From the NCBI GenBank assembly GCA_043228905.1, contig JBHGNT010000003.1, forward strand, positions 13,206,001-13,270,000: DNA of 64,000 nucleotides, written 5' to 3'. The first letter of the stretch is position 1. Each line of letters opens with the position of its first letter. The DNA comes from Azolla caroliniana (taxonomy: Eukaryota; Plantae; Polypodiophyta). Made by a program: the position numbers and the translations under genes. The notes beneath the pieces were generated by a model, which saw only the letters and a program-made list of their open reading frames with translations, was not told the origin of the DNA and searched no databases. Below are positions 51,553 through 64,000 of the stretch, in pieces.

Positions 51553-52985
51553 TCTAGCGTGGGACTTTTCTATCATTGGTGTCTACTAGTGTGTTGACTC
51601 AAATTTGACTCCAACTGGACTAGGACACCCTCTTCCTCTCTCGCTTCCTCATTTAGGATGCTTGTCTTCACCGCTTGTAAAGACAAGTTCTCTTCTTGAC
51701 ATGAGCTGCTGAGAGTAACCACCAGGTTCTCCCAACTGTCCGGCAGTATGCACATCAGTAGGATGGCCTGGATAGCATCATTAAGGGGAAACCTGGTTGC
51801 AACAAGTTGATTTACATACCCCATGAATGTCATGATGTGTTCGACGATACTCTCACCGTCTCTGTGTTTCAGCCATACGATCTTTCTCATTAGTAAGGTT
51901 TTATTTAGGGCATTCTTCCTCTCGTATAGACCTCATAGCTTCTACCACATCTCGTGGGCATTTGTGTCATTCGCCACAGGCTGAAGGACACTTAGATCAA
52001 CACACTATCTGATGGTGGCCACCACCTTTCTGTTAAGAAGTTCCCAATCTGACTCTAATACCCCCTTGGGTATTTCTGCTCTACCAATCGGCTCATCCAG
52101 GTCTTTGACTATGAGAAGGTCCTCCATCTTTATCTTCCAGTCTACATAGTTCTATGGGTTTAGAACTATCATACTTGGGAAGCCACTCACACCTCCTTGC
52201 ATGCTTGCACCTCAAGCTCTCATACTAGTTTGTAGAGAAACTAATCGTCACTACGCAAGAAAAGGAATACGCTGAAATACACAACTTGGAAATACAGAAA
52301 ACAATATACACAGATTTAACGTGGAAACCCTGAAACGGGAGAAAACCACAGACAACAAAACTTCCCTATATAATGGATATACAATGGAGAAGATTACAAC
52401 ACTTTGTGTGTGGAGTGTATCAGACTCACAGGGCTCTTGGCATTTGTTGTTACAGAACACAGCTATGCCACCGCTCTCTCTCTCTCTCTCATTTTACTCC
52501 GGCCATCATTGTTTACATTCTATAGCTCAAGGGAAAGCTCTTTCAGGGAGCTTTCTAAGGAATGTTCATTTACTGAATTCCGTTACCGTGGCAAGAAGCT
52601 ATGAGCATTTTCGTCTGCATCCATCTTCGCCCCACGGTTCCTCAAATGCAAGGTGGAGTTTGAAACCCTAAACCAAGTGAAAGGTACATTCTCTCTCTCT
52701 CTCTCCCTCTCTCTCTCTTTTCAAAGCTCTCTGTAAGTTCACTCCGTCTATCGTTTTCTACGTTCTATAGCTCGTTGGAAAGCTCTTTGAGAGAGCTTTC
52801 TAAAGAACGTTCATTTATTGAATTCCGTTACCGTGGCAAGAAGTTATGAGCATTTTCATCCGCAGCCATCTTTGCCCCATGGTTCCTCAAACGGAAGGTA
52901 GATTTTGAAGCCCTAAATCGAGTGAAAGGTACATTCTCTCTCCTTCCCTCTCTGTCTCTCTTTTCCCATAGGGTTTGTCCCTACA

Positions 52986-53855
52986 ATGGCAAATACTCGT
53001 AAAACCGCCGCAAAGTTCGGGGGTATGATTGATAATGAGCCGAGATCACTAACAAATCTCGATTCTAATGCAATGGACAAAATGCTTATGAGTCACTTGA
53101 TTCCACTTCAAGAAACCACAAACAAGCAAGGTGAAGAGATTAGGATGTTAATGAAAGAGAAAACTAAGCTCCAAAGTGTTATCATTGAGAATGAAAGGCT
53201 TAAACAAGTGGTTGCAAAACTTCAAGAAGAGATTCAAGAATGTAAACGAGCTTCTTTTAAAACAAATGAGCGCCTTAACAAGATTGAGTTAAAGGAAGCA
53301 TTAAAGGAAGAAAAATTGGACACGATGAGGCGGGATGTAAGTAAGATGAAAAATGTATGTACAACGAAGTCATGGGCCGATGTATGTGGTGGGGATGTGC
53401 TATCAAACTCATCTAATATGCATGTGATGCATCAAGAGAACAATATAGAAAGCATAGATGTCTGAGAATTGAAAGAACATGAACGACGATCAAAGAACAT
53501 TGTCGTCCGTGGGATTAAAGAAGAGAGTATGGAAACACCGGCATCCCTTGGAAAGGCCATTGGTCAAATTCGTAGCATGCATTATGGGATGTCAGATGTG
53601 AATGTATATGGGGCACATCGAGTTGGGAAACATGGTGTTACTCGCTCCGGAGAAAGGCCTATTGTATGCACAATGACAAATGATACAAAGCGGCGGATCA
53701 TACTCAAAAATAGTTCAATATACCTCAAAGGTACACAATGCTTTGTGAGTGAAGATCATACTATCTCACAACAAAATGCTCTTCGTAAAGCATATGAAGA
53801 AAGATTGAAAAACAAGGTTAAGGATGTGCCTAAAGATGGAAATGTAGGCAAATAG
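52986..53855 (+). pseudogene. LINE ORF1 (copy 1) with one in-frame stop
   Basis: TGA at 53463 corresponds to CGA in copy 2 (near 62998). Confidence 0.85.
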
Positions 53856-54142
53856 GGACACGTGATCTATGAGACTAACCCACGCCTTCTACGACTATGC
53901 TTTTGGAATTGCAATGCATACCCATGGAATGCAGGATTTGGCATAGAGCAGTTCACCGATGACTTGGATATCACACTTCTTGTTGAAACATGGGAGCATG
54001 ATACTCAAAGGATTGATGGTTTAGGAAACTATAATGTACACTCTTTGATATGGAAGAAAAATCCAAGACAAAGAAGAGGACAAGGAGGGGTGGCATGTTT
54101 GATTAAGAAGGAAATAGAGAAATATGTGTCAATCATAAAAAC

Positions 54143-57100
54143 TGTTGGGATTACGGTCCCTCCGGATGGGATGGTCAGATGTCCGGGAATCGGGAATGAA
54201 GACCCGAATGAGGAGTACCCGGTATCGGAACCGGATGATGAAGACCCGGTTTCGGATCCGGATGATGAAGACCCCGGCTACGGAGCCGGATGACGAATGT
54301 ACCCGGAGAGAGATCCGGATGCGGGGACATATTTGTGAATATGTTTGCCAAGGGCCCTCTAGGCTATATTTGTAAATAGCCCGAAAGTCATATGTGTATA
54401 AATATGACTTAGGGCAAACAGTTTTGTGGTTGTTGCTCATTTTTCTGTTTTTTCCACTTAGAGGGAGCGAAGTGAGAGCAGCCGAGAGAGAGAGTGAGAG
54501 AGAGAGAGAGAAAGGAAGAGGTCGACGCCTCTGTGTAATACCGCCGCCTGTGGCGAGGACAGCGAGCTCAAGGTCGTCGCCTTGCAGCTCGCCATTCTAC
54601 ATTCCCTACGTATAGTGATAGTTGGAGTCTTGCACTCCCGTGGTTTTTCCCGTCTAGGGTTTTCCACGCTAAACCCTGTGCATTCGAGTCTCTCTCTGTG
54701 TTTTTCGATTTACTGCTGCATTGACTCGTGTGTCCTCGGTTGTGGCCGAGAGGTGAAGGTTTTGAAAGCGTCAATTTCTAACAATCTGGTATCAGAGCGA
54801 CTACAGTGCAGAAAATGGAAGGCGGCAGCAGCGGGCAGCCGGGGATGATGGTGCTGAATGCGCAGAACTACGCCGACTGGAAGATAAAGATGGAGGATCT
54901 GCTCATTGTTCGGGACCTGTATGAACCGATCGACAAGTCGGAAATACCCAAGGGGGTACTTGAGACGGAATGGAGGCTTCTGAACCGGAAAGCCGTTGCA
55001 ACCATTCGGCAATACGTCGACGTGAGCGTTCTACAACATGTGGCGAACGACACCAACGCATATGAGATGTGGCAGAAGCTGTCGGACCTCTACGAGAGGA
55101 AGAATGCGTTGAACCGGACCTCCCTGATGAGGAAGATAGTGAACCTCAAGTACCGGGACGGCGAGAGTATGGTGGAACACGTAAGCACGTTCATGGGATT
55201 CGTGAACCAGCTTGCGGCGATCAAGTTCCCGTTGGAGGATGCAATGCAAGTCATCATGCTGATGTGTACATTGCCGGAAAGCTGGGAGAACTTGGTGGTG
55301 ACTCTCAGCACCTCCTGCACCGAAGATAACTTGTCCCTACAAACGGTAAAGACAAGCATTTTGAACGAAGAAGCGCGTCGGAGAGATAAAGAACCGGCCT
55401 CCGATCCGAAGATGCTGCTTACCGAATCGGATCGGGGAAGACAACGGAACCGGAGTCCGCAAAGACGGGAGAAGTCGGGGACCCGGTCGCAGTCAAGAGG
55501 AAGGCCCACATGCTTCCACTGTGGGAAGCCGGGGCACTTCCGAAAGAATTGTCGGCATTACCGAAAAGACAACGGAGCCGACGACACCGATTCGAAGAAG
55601 TCTTCGGAACGGAACGGTGCTTACCGGGGAGCCACGGACCGGAATGGTTCGGATCGGCGAGGGCAGGACCGGAAAGGAACGACGGCACTCGCGGCAAGTG
55701 AAGAGGAGATCATGCTCATCACCGAAGAAGGTGAACTAAACATTGCCGGTGATGAGACTACCTGGGTGGTCGATTCCGGAGCGTCGTTCCACCTGACCCC
55801 GGAAAGAAGATACTTCTCATCCTACACAGCCGGTGAGCATGGCTGTGTTCGGATGGGAAATGAAGGTACGTGCCGGATTGCCGGCATAGGAGACGTGTGG
55901 TTGACAACCTCGACCGGATGCAAAATGTTGCTAAAGGATGTCTGACACGTTCCGGAGGTTCGATTGAACCTGATTTCGGCCGGGAGGCTAGACGATGAAG
56001 GTTACACAGGTAGCATCCGGAACTGCGTAATGAAGTTCAGCAAGGGGAGCCTGATAGTGGCTCGGGCCCGGAAAGTCAACACACTGTACCTTATGAATGC
56101 CTGGTTGTGTCCGGAGGAGTTGAACGTGGCAGCCGACACTGCCGGTGAGCTATGGCACAAGAGACTGTGCCACATGAGTGAGAAGGGGATGAAGAGGCTT
56201 GCAGAAGACAACCTTATTCCAGTGAAGCATGTGCACCTGGAGAAGTGCACCGATTGCCTGGCCGGTAAGCAGAACCGAACCTCCTTCCACTCAAGGCCAC
56301 CGACGAGACGTAGCGCACCATTGGAGTTGGTGCACACTGACGTGTGTCAAGTAGAAACGAAGTCACATGGCGGAGCCCAGTACTTCGTGACATTCATTGA
56401 TGACCACAGCCGGAAGCTGTGGACGGCACCGTTGAAGACAAAGGACCAAGTGTTGTGCGTCTTCAAAGAACTCCACGCGAGAGTGGAAAGGGAATCCGGC
56501 AAGAAGCTGAAAGCGATACGAGCGGATAACGGAGGGGAATACCGGGGGCAGTTCAAGGAGTACTGTCGCTCGAAGGGAATCCGGCTCGAGTTTACTGTGC
56601 CGAAGACGCCGGAACTGAACGGGCTGGCCGAGAGGATGAACCGGACCATAATGGAGAGGGTCCGGAGTATACTGGCGCATGCGAAATTACCCCAGGGGTT
56701 TTGGGCTGAGGCAATGTCGACGGCGACATACGTGATAAACAGATCACCCTCAGTACCTTTGGACGGAGACACGCCGCAGAGAGTGTGGACCGGTAGGGAA
56801 GTATCCTACTGGCATCTGAAGGTGTTCGGGTGTCTCGCATATGTGCATGTGGCAAAGGACCGGAGAGGAAAGTTAGATCCAAAGACCCGGCCATGCATAT
56901 TCCTCGGTTACGGCGATGACGAGTTCGGCTACCGAGTATGGGACCCGGTCGACAAAAAGATATTCCGGAGTCGTGATATCATCTTCATGGAGGACAAGAC
57001 ACTCGCCGACTGGGAGTCGGAGAAGAAGATGAAGAGCTCCAAGTCGACCGGTGAGGATCAACTCTACGAGGAGCAGTATCGACCGGCAAGGGACCAGTTA

Positions 57101-59537
57101 GCACTCGAGGATCCGGCCGAAGACGGTGAAGAAACAGAACCGGCCGAGGAAGATGAAACTGATACCGGAACCGGCCCCGATCCCGAAATGGATTCGGATG
57201 AAGAGGAAACGGAGGAGCCGGTTACCGAAGCTCCGGAACGGAGATATCCTCTAAGAGAGAGAAGGGCCCCCCGGAGATTTCCGGAACCAGAGCACGTGCT
57301 GCTAACCGACGAGGGGGAGCCGGAGAGTTTTGAAGAAGCAAAGCTTGACACCCATAGCCGCAGGTGGTTAAGTGCCATGCAGGAGGAGATGGATTCCCTG
57401 CATGAGAACCACACATATGAACTTGTGGAGTTGCCGAAAGGAAAGCGGGCACTTCGAAACAAGTGGGTGTTCAAGCTGAAACCGGGAGATGCCGGAAACC
57501 CCCCGAGATACAAAGCCAGGATCGTGGTGAAGGGGTTCCAGCAGAAGAAGGGCGTCGACTTCGACGAGATATTTGCCCCGGTAGTGAAGATGACCTCCAT
57601 CCGGACGGTGCTGAGCATAGCGGCAAGCATGGACCTCGAGGTAGAACAGATGGACGTGAAGACGGCATTCCTTCACGGTGACCTCGAAGAAGAGATCTAC
57701 ATGCAGCAACCGGAAGGATTCGAGAAGAAAGGGAAGGAGCACCTGGTATGCCGGTTGAAGAAGAGCCTTTACGGACTGAAGCAGGCTCCCCGGCAATGGT
57801 ACCGGAAGTTCGACTCTTTCATGACCGACAAAGGGTACCACAAAACGCAGTCCGATCACTGCGTGTTTGTGAAGAAGTTCGAAGGAGGAGACTTTCTAAT
57901 ACTCCTCCTGTACGTGGACGACATGTTGATCGTCGGACGGGACCAGGTCAAGATACGGATGCTGAAGAAAGCGCTTCACCGAACCTTCTCAATGAAGGAC
58001 CTGGGTCCGGCGAGGCAAATACTAGGGATGCACATCATCCGGGACCGGAAGAAGAAGCAGTTGTGGCTGTCACAGGAGAAGTACGTGACAAAGGTGCTTC
58101 ACCGGTTCAACATGTCGGAAGCAAGACCGGTCGGGTCAACCCTCCCGGCAAACTGCAAGTTGTCCAGCAAGCAAAGCCCCAAGACAAAGGCTGAGAAGGA
58201 GGACATGATGAAAGTACCATATGCCTCTGCCGTCGGAAGCTTGATGTACGCAATGGTGTGTACAAGACCGGACATAGGATATGCAGTCGGAGTGGTGAGC
58301 CGGTACATGAGCAATCCCGGCAAAGAGCACTGGAACGCGGCCAAGTGGATACTCCGATACCTGAAGGGCACGGCAAACGTGTGCCTCCGATTCGGCTCCG
58401 GTAAGCCCGAACTCGACGGCTTTACCGATTCGGATATGTCGGCTGATGCAGATACCAGCCGGTCCACATCAGGGTATGTGATGACGTATGCAGGGGGAGC
58501 TGTTTCGTGGCAGTCGAGGCTGCAGAAGACGGTTGCGTTGTCAACCACGGAGGCGGAGTACATGGCGGCTGTTGAAGCCGGCAAGGAAATAATATGGATG
58601 AAGGACTTCATTAGAGAGCTCGGTATCCGGCAGGAGGAGTACCGACTCTACTGCGACAGTCAGAGTGCCATCCACCTTGCGAAGAATGCGGCCTATCACT
58701 CCCGGACGAAGCACATCCAGCGAAGATATCACTGGATCCGGGAAAGGATAGAAGACCAGGAGTTCGTGCTGACGAAGATCCACACGGACGAGAACGGGTC
58801 AGATATGCTGACCAAAGTGCTCACACCCGACAAGCTGGAAGCGTGCCGGAAGAGGGTCGGACTGGAAAGACATCCCATGCCGAAGTGAAGGGGGATCTTG
58901 TTGGGATTACGGTCCCTCCGGATGGGATGGTCAGATGTCCGGGAATCGGGAATGAAGACCCGAATGAGGAGTACCCGGTATCGGAACCGGATGATGAAGA
59001 CCCGGTTTCGGATCCGGATGATGAAGACCCCGGCTACGGAGCCGGATGACGAATGTACCCGGAGAGAGATCCGGATGCGGGGACATATTTGTGAATATGT
59101 TTGCCAAGGGCCCTCTAGGCTATATTTGTAAATAGCCCGAAAGTCATATGTGTATAAATATGACTTAGGGCAAACAGTTTTGTGGTTGTTGCTCATTTTT
59201 CTGTTTTCCACTTAGAGGGAGCGAAGTGAGAGCAGCCGAGAGAGAGAGTGAGAGAGAGAGAGAGAAAGGAAGAGGTCGACGCCTCTGTGTAATACCGCCG
59301 CCTGTGGCGAGGACAGCGAGCTCAAGGTCGTCGCCTTGCAGCTCGCCATTCTACATTCCCTGCGTATAGTGATAGTTGGAGTCTTGCACTCCCGTGGTTT
59401 TTCCCGTCTAGGGTTTTCCACGCTAAACCCTGTGCATTCGAGTCTCTCTCTGTGTTTTTCGATTTACTGTTGCATTGACTCGTGTGTCCTCGGTTGTGGC
59501 CGAGAGGTGAAGGTTTTGAAAGCGTCAATTTCTAACA
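54143..59537 (+). mobile_element. Very young, near-intact Ty1/copia element
   Basis: TSD AAAAC at 54138-54142 and 59538-59542. LTRs 54143-54783 and 58899-59537 differ by 2 substitutions and a 2-nt indel (counted by eye). PBS-Met 54787-54798. PPT GAAGGGGGA near 58887. Confidence 0.97.
54815..58888 (+). CDS. gag-pol: Copia gag-pol polyprotein (gag, PR, IN, RT, RNase H) with a single in-frame TGA at 55943-55945
   Basis: ORFs 54806-55945 and 55964-58888 are in the same frame. Motifs CFHCGKPGHFRKNC, WVVDSGAS, HKRLCH..CTDC, YVDD and TKHIQ. Confidence 0.93.
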
Positions 59538-59542
59538 AAAAC

Positions 59543-62408
59543 TGATGAAAATAAATGCTACATATGACTCAAAATAGAAACACCTAATGATTTGCCCACT
59601 TTTGTAGTTGGATGTTACATTCCTCATCAAGATTCTAACTTTTATGCTTGTTTGGATAAAGATCAACTGTTTGGCAATCTAGAAGATGATATTGCTTATT
59701 TCCCATCCAAAGGGGAAGTTATTGTCTTTGGTGACATGAATGCTCATCCAAGAAGTTTCCAACTTGATTCACAAGAATCTTTCATGCCACATATCTCAAG
59801 GATGCAAGAGGATATGCAAATGTATAACCGCTCTTCTAGCGATGAAAAAGATCCGGACCAATTTGGGAAGTTACTCCTACAAATGTGCAATAGTACCGGA
59901 TTGCTTATTGCAAATGGTATTTCCTTATGGCCCAACACTAATGGTTTTACATGTAGAAAACACAACGGACATAGTGTGATTGACTATGTGCTACTTTCCA
60001 AAGGTATTTTGGATCGTATACATAAATTCTCACTTGGTGAATGGACACAGGAATCCGATCATAGGCCTTTATGTATTGATCTCAAATTTATGCATAGGTT
60101 TGATTGTGAGAAGGCTATTGAAGATAATAAACAACCGCACTTGAGCATGAACCTTAAGCGAGCACCCATGTATTCCAAGATGGTTGAGGATATGTTACAA
60201 ATGACAAAGATACAACATGGTGCCACACTAGAATGCAAATGGGAAGCTTTCAAGAATGTCATTCTCTCATGTACAAACAAATGTTTTTCGACCAACCGCA
60301 CATCTTGGAAGTGCACCAAGAAACTTAGAAAAATTTGGTTTGATAAAGAATGTCATGAAGCTCGAAAGTGCCTTATGGTTTTGGATGTAGTTAAGGATAA
60401 AGAAAATTACCAAAAGCATTTGCATGAGTATAAAAGGTTTATTCAAAGAAAGAGACGAATATGGGAAGTTACTCAACAATTTATCCAAACGCAAGAGAAA
60501 GCACATGCATGTGCTAAATTTTGGGGAAATCTAAAGGGAAAACGTGTTGAGAGTTATGGTGACTTAACTCTTCACGACTTGTCTATGCATGGTAAGAATT
60601 TATATGAGTTATCTCGTGCCGGAAAGATGATGTGTTATGGTTCTCTTTCCCATATGCCTCCCTTCTTTACAATTGAAGATATATGCATAGGACTTAAGAA
60701 ATTGGCCTCTCGAAAGGCAAGCGATCTTCAATGTATAAAGGCTGAAACGCTCAAATGAACGAGAAAGGAAGCACATATATGGATAAGCGATATGTTTAAT
60801 GATGCAGTGCAACATGGTATGCCGTACGATTGGACTACAAATTGGATCAAACCTTTACATAAAGGTGGAGATATAAATAATGTGAACAACTATCGAACCA
60901 TCATGGTTGACTCATTAATGGCAAAACTATTTGGATGTATAATGGAATCAAAGATAAGTGTATGGGCTGAAAAAAGTGGTAAGAGAGCTTATGGACAAGC
61001 TGGCTTTCGGAAATACCATAGCACCATTGATCACCTTATCACCCTTCGAGTATTAATGGAGGAAAGTTGCCTTAGAGGTAAAGGTTTATATTGTTGCATT
61101 GTAGACTTGAAGAAAGCTTTTGATATGGTACCTCGTGAGCATCTTTGGAGGCGAATGGAAGAACTTGAGGTGCCAACTGAATATATGCTTACAATTTCCC
61201 GAATTTATGAGCAGGTTATATGTTGTGTGCGCACGAGAGATAAACTTTCAGATTTTTTCAAAAGGACTATTGGTGTTAAGCAAGGATGCCCACTCTCACC
61301 AACACTATTTGGTCTATGCATTGATGAATTGGAAGAAATGGTTACCAAGTTTGCAAAGGAAGAATGTGTTGAAGAAGTTGCCATTGGGAATGTAGTAATT
61401 ATGCTTTTGCTATATGCAGATGATGTAGTGCTTCTTGCAAATACTTTAGGAGATGCACAAAAGCTTATGAAGGCATTAGAAAACTTTTGCATGCATACTA
61501 AATTAAGTGTCAATAGCTCTAAAACAAAGATTATGCTTGTGAAGAGCCAAAAAAGAGATAAACCATGCATTATGTACAGCAATGAGCCACTTGAATGTGT
61601 GGAAAGCTTCAAATATCTTGGCCTTGAAGTTCCTTCAAATCATAGATGGAATGAATGTGCTACACGCCGCTTAGAGGCGGGCAAGCGAGCATACTATGCA
61701 TTTGAGAACACATGTAATCTTGGAGATATTAAGTGTTGAATACATGCTTAAGGTTCAAAAAGTCCCTCACATCGACTTCCTAGAATTGCGTGGGAAGCAA
61801 GCAAAAAGATCCAAAAGACGCATAAAAGAAAAAATTTGTGTTCCGGTTGGATGCAAGATATAGAAAAATTGTTTGGTAGATGGGATGCGAGACACTTGCT
61901 TCATGATGCATCATTAGATTCCTCTGTAAATGAGGCATTTTTGCAATGCCAATGTATCATGACATGGGACAAATGTGGAGGCTCACGCTTCACATATTAT
62001 ACTACACATGTTGCACCTAACTACAAAACCATATTCTTTGCGGAACGGCGAAATCGTACACATCCATACATGTTAGAGGCCATACCGTTATCTGCCATTC
62101 GAACCATTGCTTCCATGCGACTTAGCTCACATGCATTGCGATGTGAAATAGGGCGTTGGGGTACAAGTGATGAGAGTGGTTGGCTATGCACACTTTGCCC
62201 TAAACAAGTTCGCGAGTCTGAGTATCACACTTTGATACAATGCTCTGCCTTTGATCATATTTGACCATGCTTTCCATATCTCTTCGATCGAGCCCAATCC
62301 TTGCATGAATTCCTCTCACAACCACAATGTGCACTCTCCATTGCAACATTCATTGGTAAAGTTCTTGAACATCAAGAGTCACTACTCACTGTCACACGTA
62401 TCACGTGA
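59543..62408 (+). pseudogene. LINE ORF2 (endonuclease-RT), continuation after the copia insertion
   Basis: ORFs 59592-60758, 60792-61739 and 61836-62264 carry EN, RT and C-terminal Cys/His motifs, separated by stops and an apparent deletion. Confidence 0.88.
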
Positions 62409-62490
62409 AATGTAATATTTTTGGTCTCATAGGTCATATTTGACCTCCGAAGACGATAATATAATCTATCTCTCTCTCTCTCTCTCTCTT

Positions 62491-64000
62491 CTCGTAGGGT
62501 TTGGTCCTACAATCACACACACTCGTAAGCCCACCTCAAAGTTCAGGAGTATGATTGATAATGAGCCGAAATCACCAACAAATGTTGATTCCAATGCAAT
62601 AAACACAATGGACAAAATGCTTATGAGTCACTTCATTTCTCTTCAAGAAACTATAAACAAGCAAGGTGAAGAGATTAGGATGTTAATGAAAGAGAATGCT
62701 AAGCTCCAAATTATTGCCATTGAGAATGAAAGTCTTAAGAAAGTGGTTGCAAAACTTGAAGAAGAGATTCAAGAATGTAAAAGAGCTTCTTTCCAAACAA
62801 ATAAGCGCCTTAACAATATTGAGTTCAAGGAAGCATTAAAAGAAGAAAAATTAGATACAATGAGGCAGGATGTAAGTGAGATGAAAAATGTATGTACAAC
62901 AAGATCATGGGCCGATGTATGTGGTGGGGATGGGGTATCAAACTCATCTAATATGCATGTGATGCATCAAGAGAAGAATATCAAAAGCATAGATGCCCGA
63001 GAATTGAAAGAACATGAACGAAGATCAAAGAACATTGTCATCCGTGGGATTAGAGAGGAGAGTATGGAAACACCCGCTTCCCTAGGAAAGTCCATTGGTG
63101 AATTTTTTAGCATGCATTATGGGATGTCGGATGTGAATGTATATGGGGCACACCGAGTTGGGAAACATGGTGTTACTCGCTCCGGAGAAAGGCCTATTGT
63201 ATGCACAATGACAAATGATACAAAGCGGCGGATCATACTCAAAAATAGTTCGGTATACCTCAAAGGTACACAATGCTTTGTGAGTGAAGATCGTACTATC
63301 TCACAACAAAATGCTCGTCGTAAAGCATATGAAGAAAGATTGAAAAACAAGGTTAAGGATGTGCTTAAAGATGGAAATGTAGGCAAATAGGGACACGTGA
63401 CCTATCAGACTAAACCACGTCTTTTACGACTATGCTTTTGGAATTGCAATGGATACCCATAGAATGCGAGATTCGGCATAGAGGAGTTCATCCATGACTC
63501 GGATATCACACTTCTTGTTGAAACATGGGAGCATGATACTCAAAGGATTCAAGGTTTAGGAAACTATAATGTACACTCTTTGATATGGAAGAAAAATTCA
63601 AGACAAAGAAGAGGACAAGGAGGGGTGGCATGTTTGATTAAGAAGGAAATAGAGAAATATGTGTCAATCGTAAAAAATGATGAACATAAATGCTACATAT
63701 GGCTCAAAATAAAAACACCCAATGATTTGCCCACTTTTGTCGCTAGATGTTACATTCCTCATCAAGATTCTAACTTTTATGCTTGTTTGGATAAAGATCA
63801 ACCTTTTGCAAATCTAGAAGATGATATTTCTTATTTCCCATCCAAAGAGGAAATTATTGTCTTTGGTGACATGAATGCTCATACAAAAATTTTCCAGCTT
63901 GATTCACAAGAATCTTTCATGTCACATATCTCAAGGATGCAAGAGGATAAGCAAATGTATAGCCACTCTTGTAGCAATGAAAAAGATCTGAACCAATTTG
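62491..64000 (+). mobile_element. RTE-X-like LINE, copy 2 (ORF1 and start of the ORF2 endonuclease); its 5'UTR start is probably 52491-52719
   Basis: Closely similar to 52965-54142 plus 59543 onward, without the copia insertion. ORF1 is open to 63390. Runs off the window end. Confidence 0.9.

Larger units (their letters stand above)
46825..52490 (-). mobile_element. Decayed Ty1/copia family C element with both LTRs truncated by later insertions
   Basis: Proteins closely match those of 11925-18235 (MRKIV.LK.RDGESI, PLELVHTDVCYVDAPSH, LLLYVDDML). PPT and 3' LTR stub at 46825-46893. Degenerate PBS near 52216 and 5' LTR part at 52231-52490. Confidence 0.9.
52720..62490 (+). mobile_element. RTE-X-like LINE, copy 1 (full length, decayed), interrupted by a copia element
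   Basis: 5'UTR, then ORF1 52986-53855 (coiled coil plus KNIVVRGIKE..HRVGK..RPIV). ORF2 has endonuclease motifs (WN, ETW, GDMN, IDY, SDH) and RT motifs (QAGFR, KAFD, GVKQGCPLSP, YADD). C-terminus RLSSH.LRCE.GRW..CTLC..E.H...C. (CT)n 3' tail. Confidence 0.85.

Noticed and set aside
52928-52970. Possible GT..(CT)n..AG mini-intron in the LINE 5'UTR
   Set aside because: It is only about 43 nt, shorter than usual plant introns, and cannot be supported without transcripts.

Overview
This is a eukaryotic, plant-type window made almost entirely of nested transposable elements; I found no host gene, rRNA, functional tRNA or CRISPR array. The element mix suggests a non-seed land plant such as a fern, lycophyte or moss, but that is inference. 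It contains about 10 Ty1/copia copies or fragments: one near-intact at 54143-59537 and two complete but decayed copies with target-site duplications (TSDs) at 11925-18235 and 28585-34643. It also holds several Ty3/gypsy relics (two with chromodomains), solo LTRs, an L1 relic, two nested RTE-X-like LINEs, a hAT-type non-autonomous element, and a Sola2-like DNA transposase whose intron is filled by a TAGCTA satellite. The most interesting signals are: (1) tRNA-derived A-box/B-box cassettes in the same place and orientation in four different gypsy-type LTRs; (2) a LINE that appears to target (CT)n and carries that target in its own 5'UTR, so it nests into itself; (3) strong CCGG enrichment in GC-rich LTR elements; (4) a copia family with a second PPT and a basic in-frame extension of pol. 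Coordinates were read by eye and can be off by a few bases, more at junctions without TSDs.
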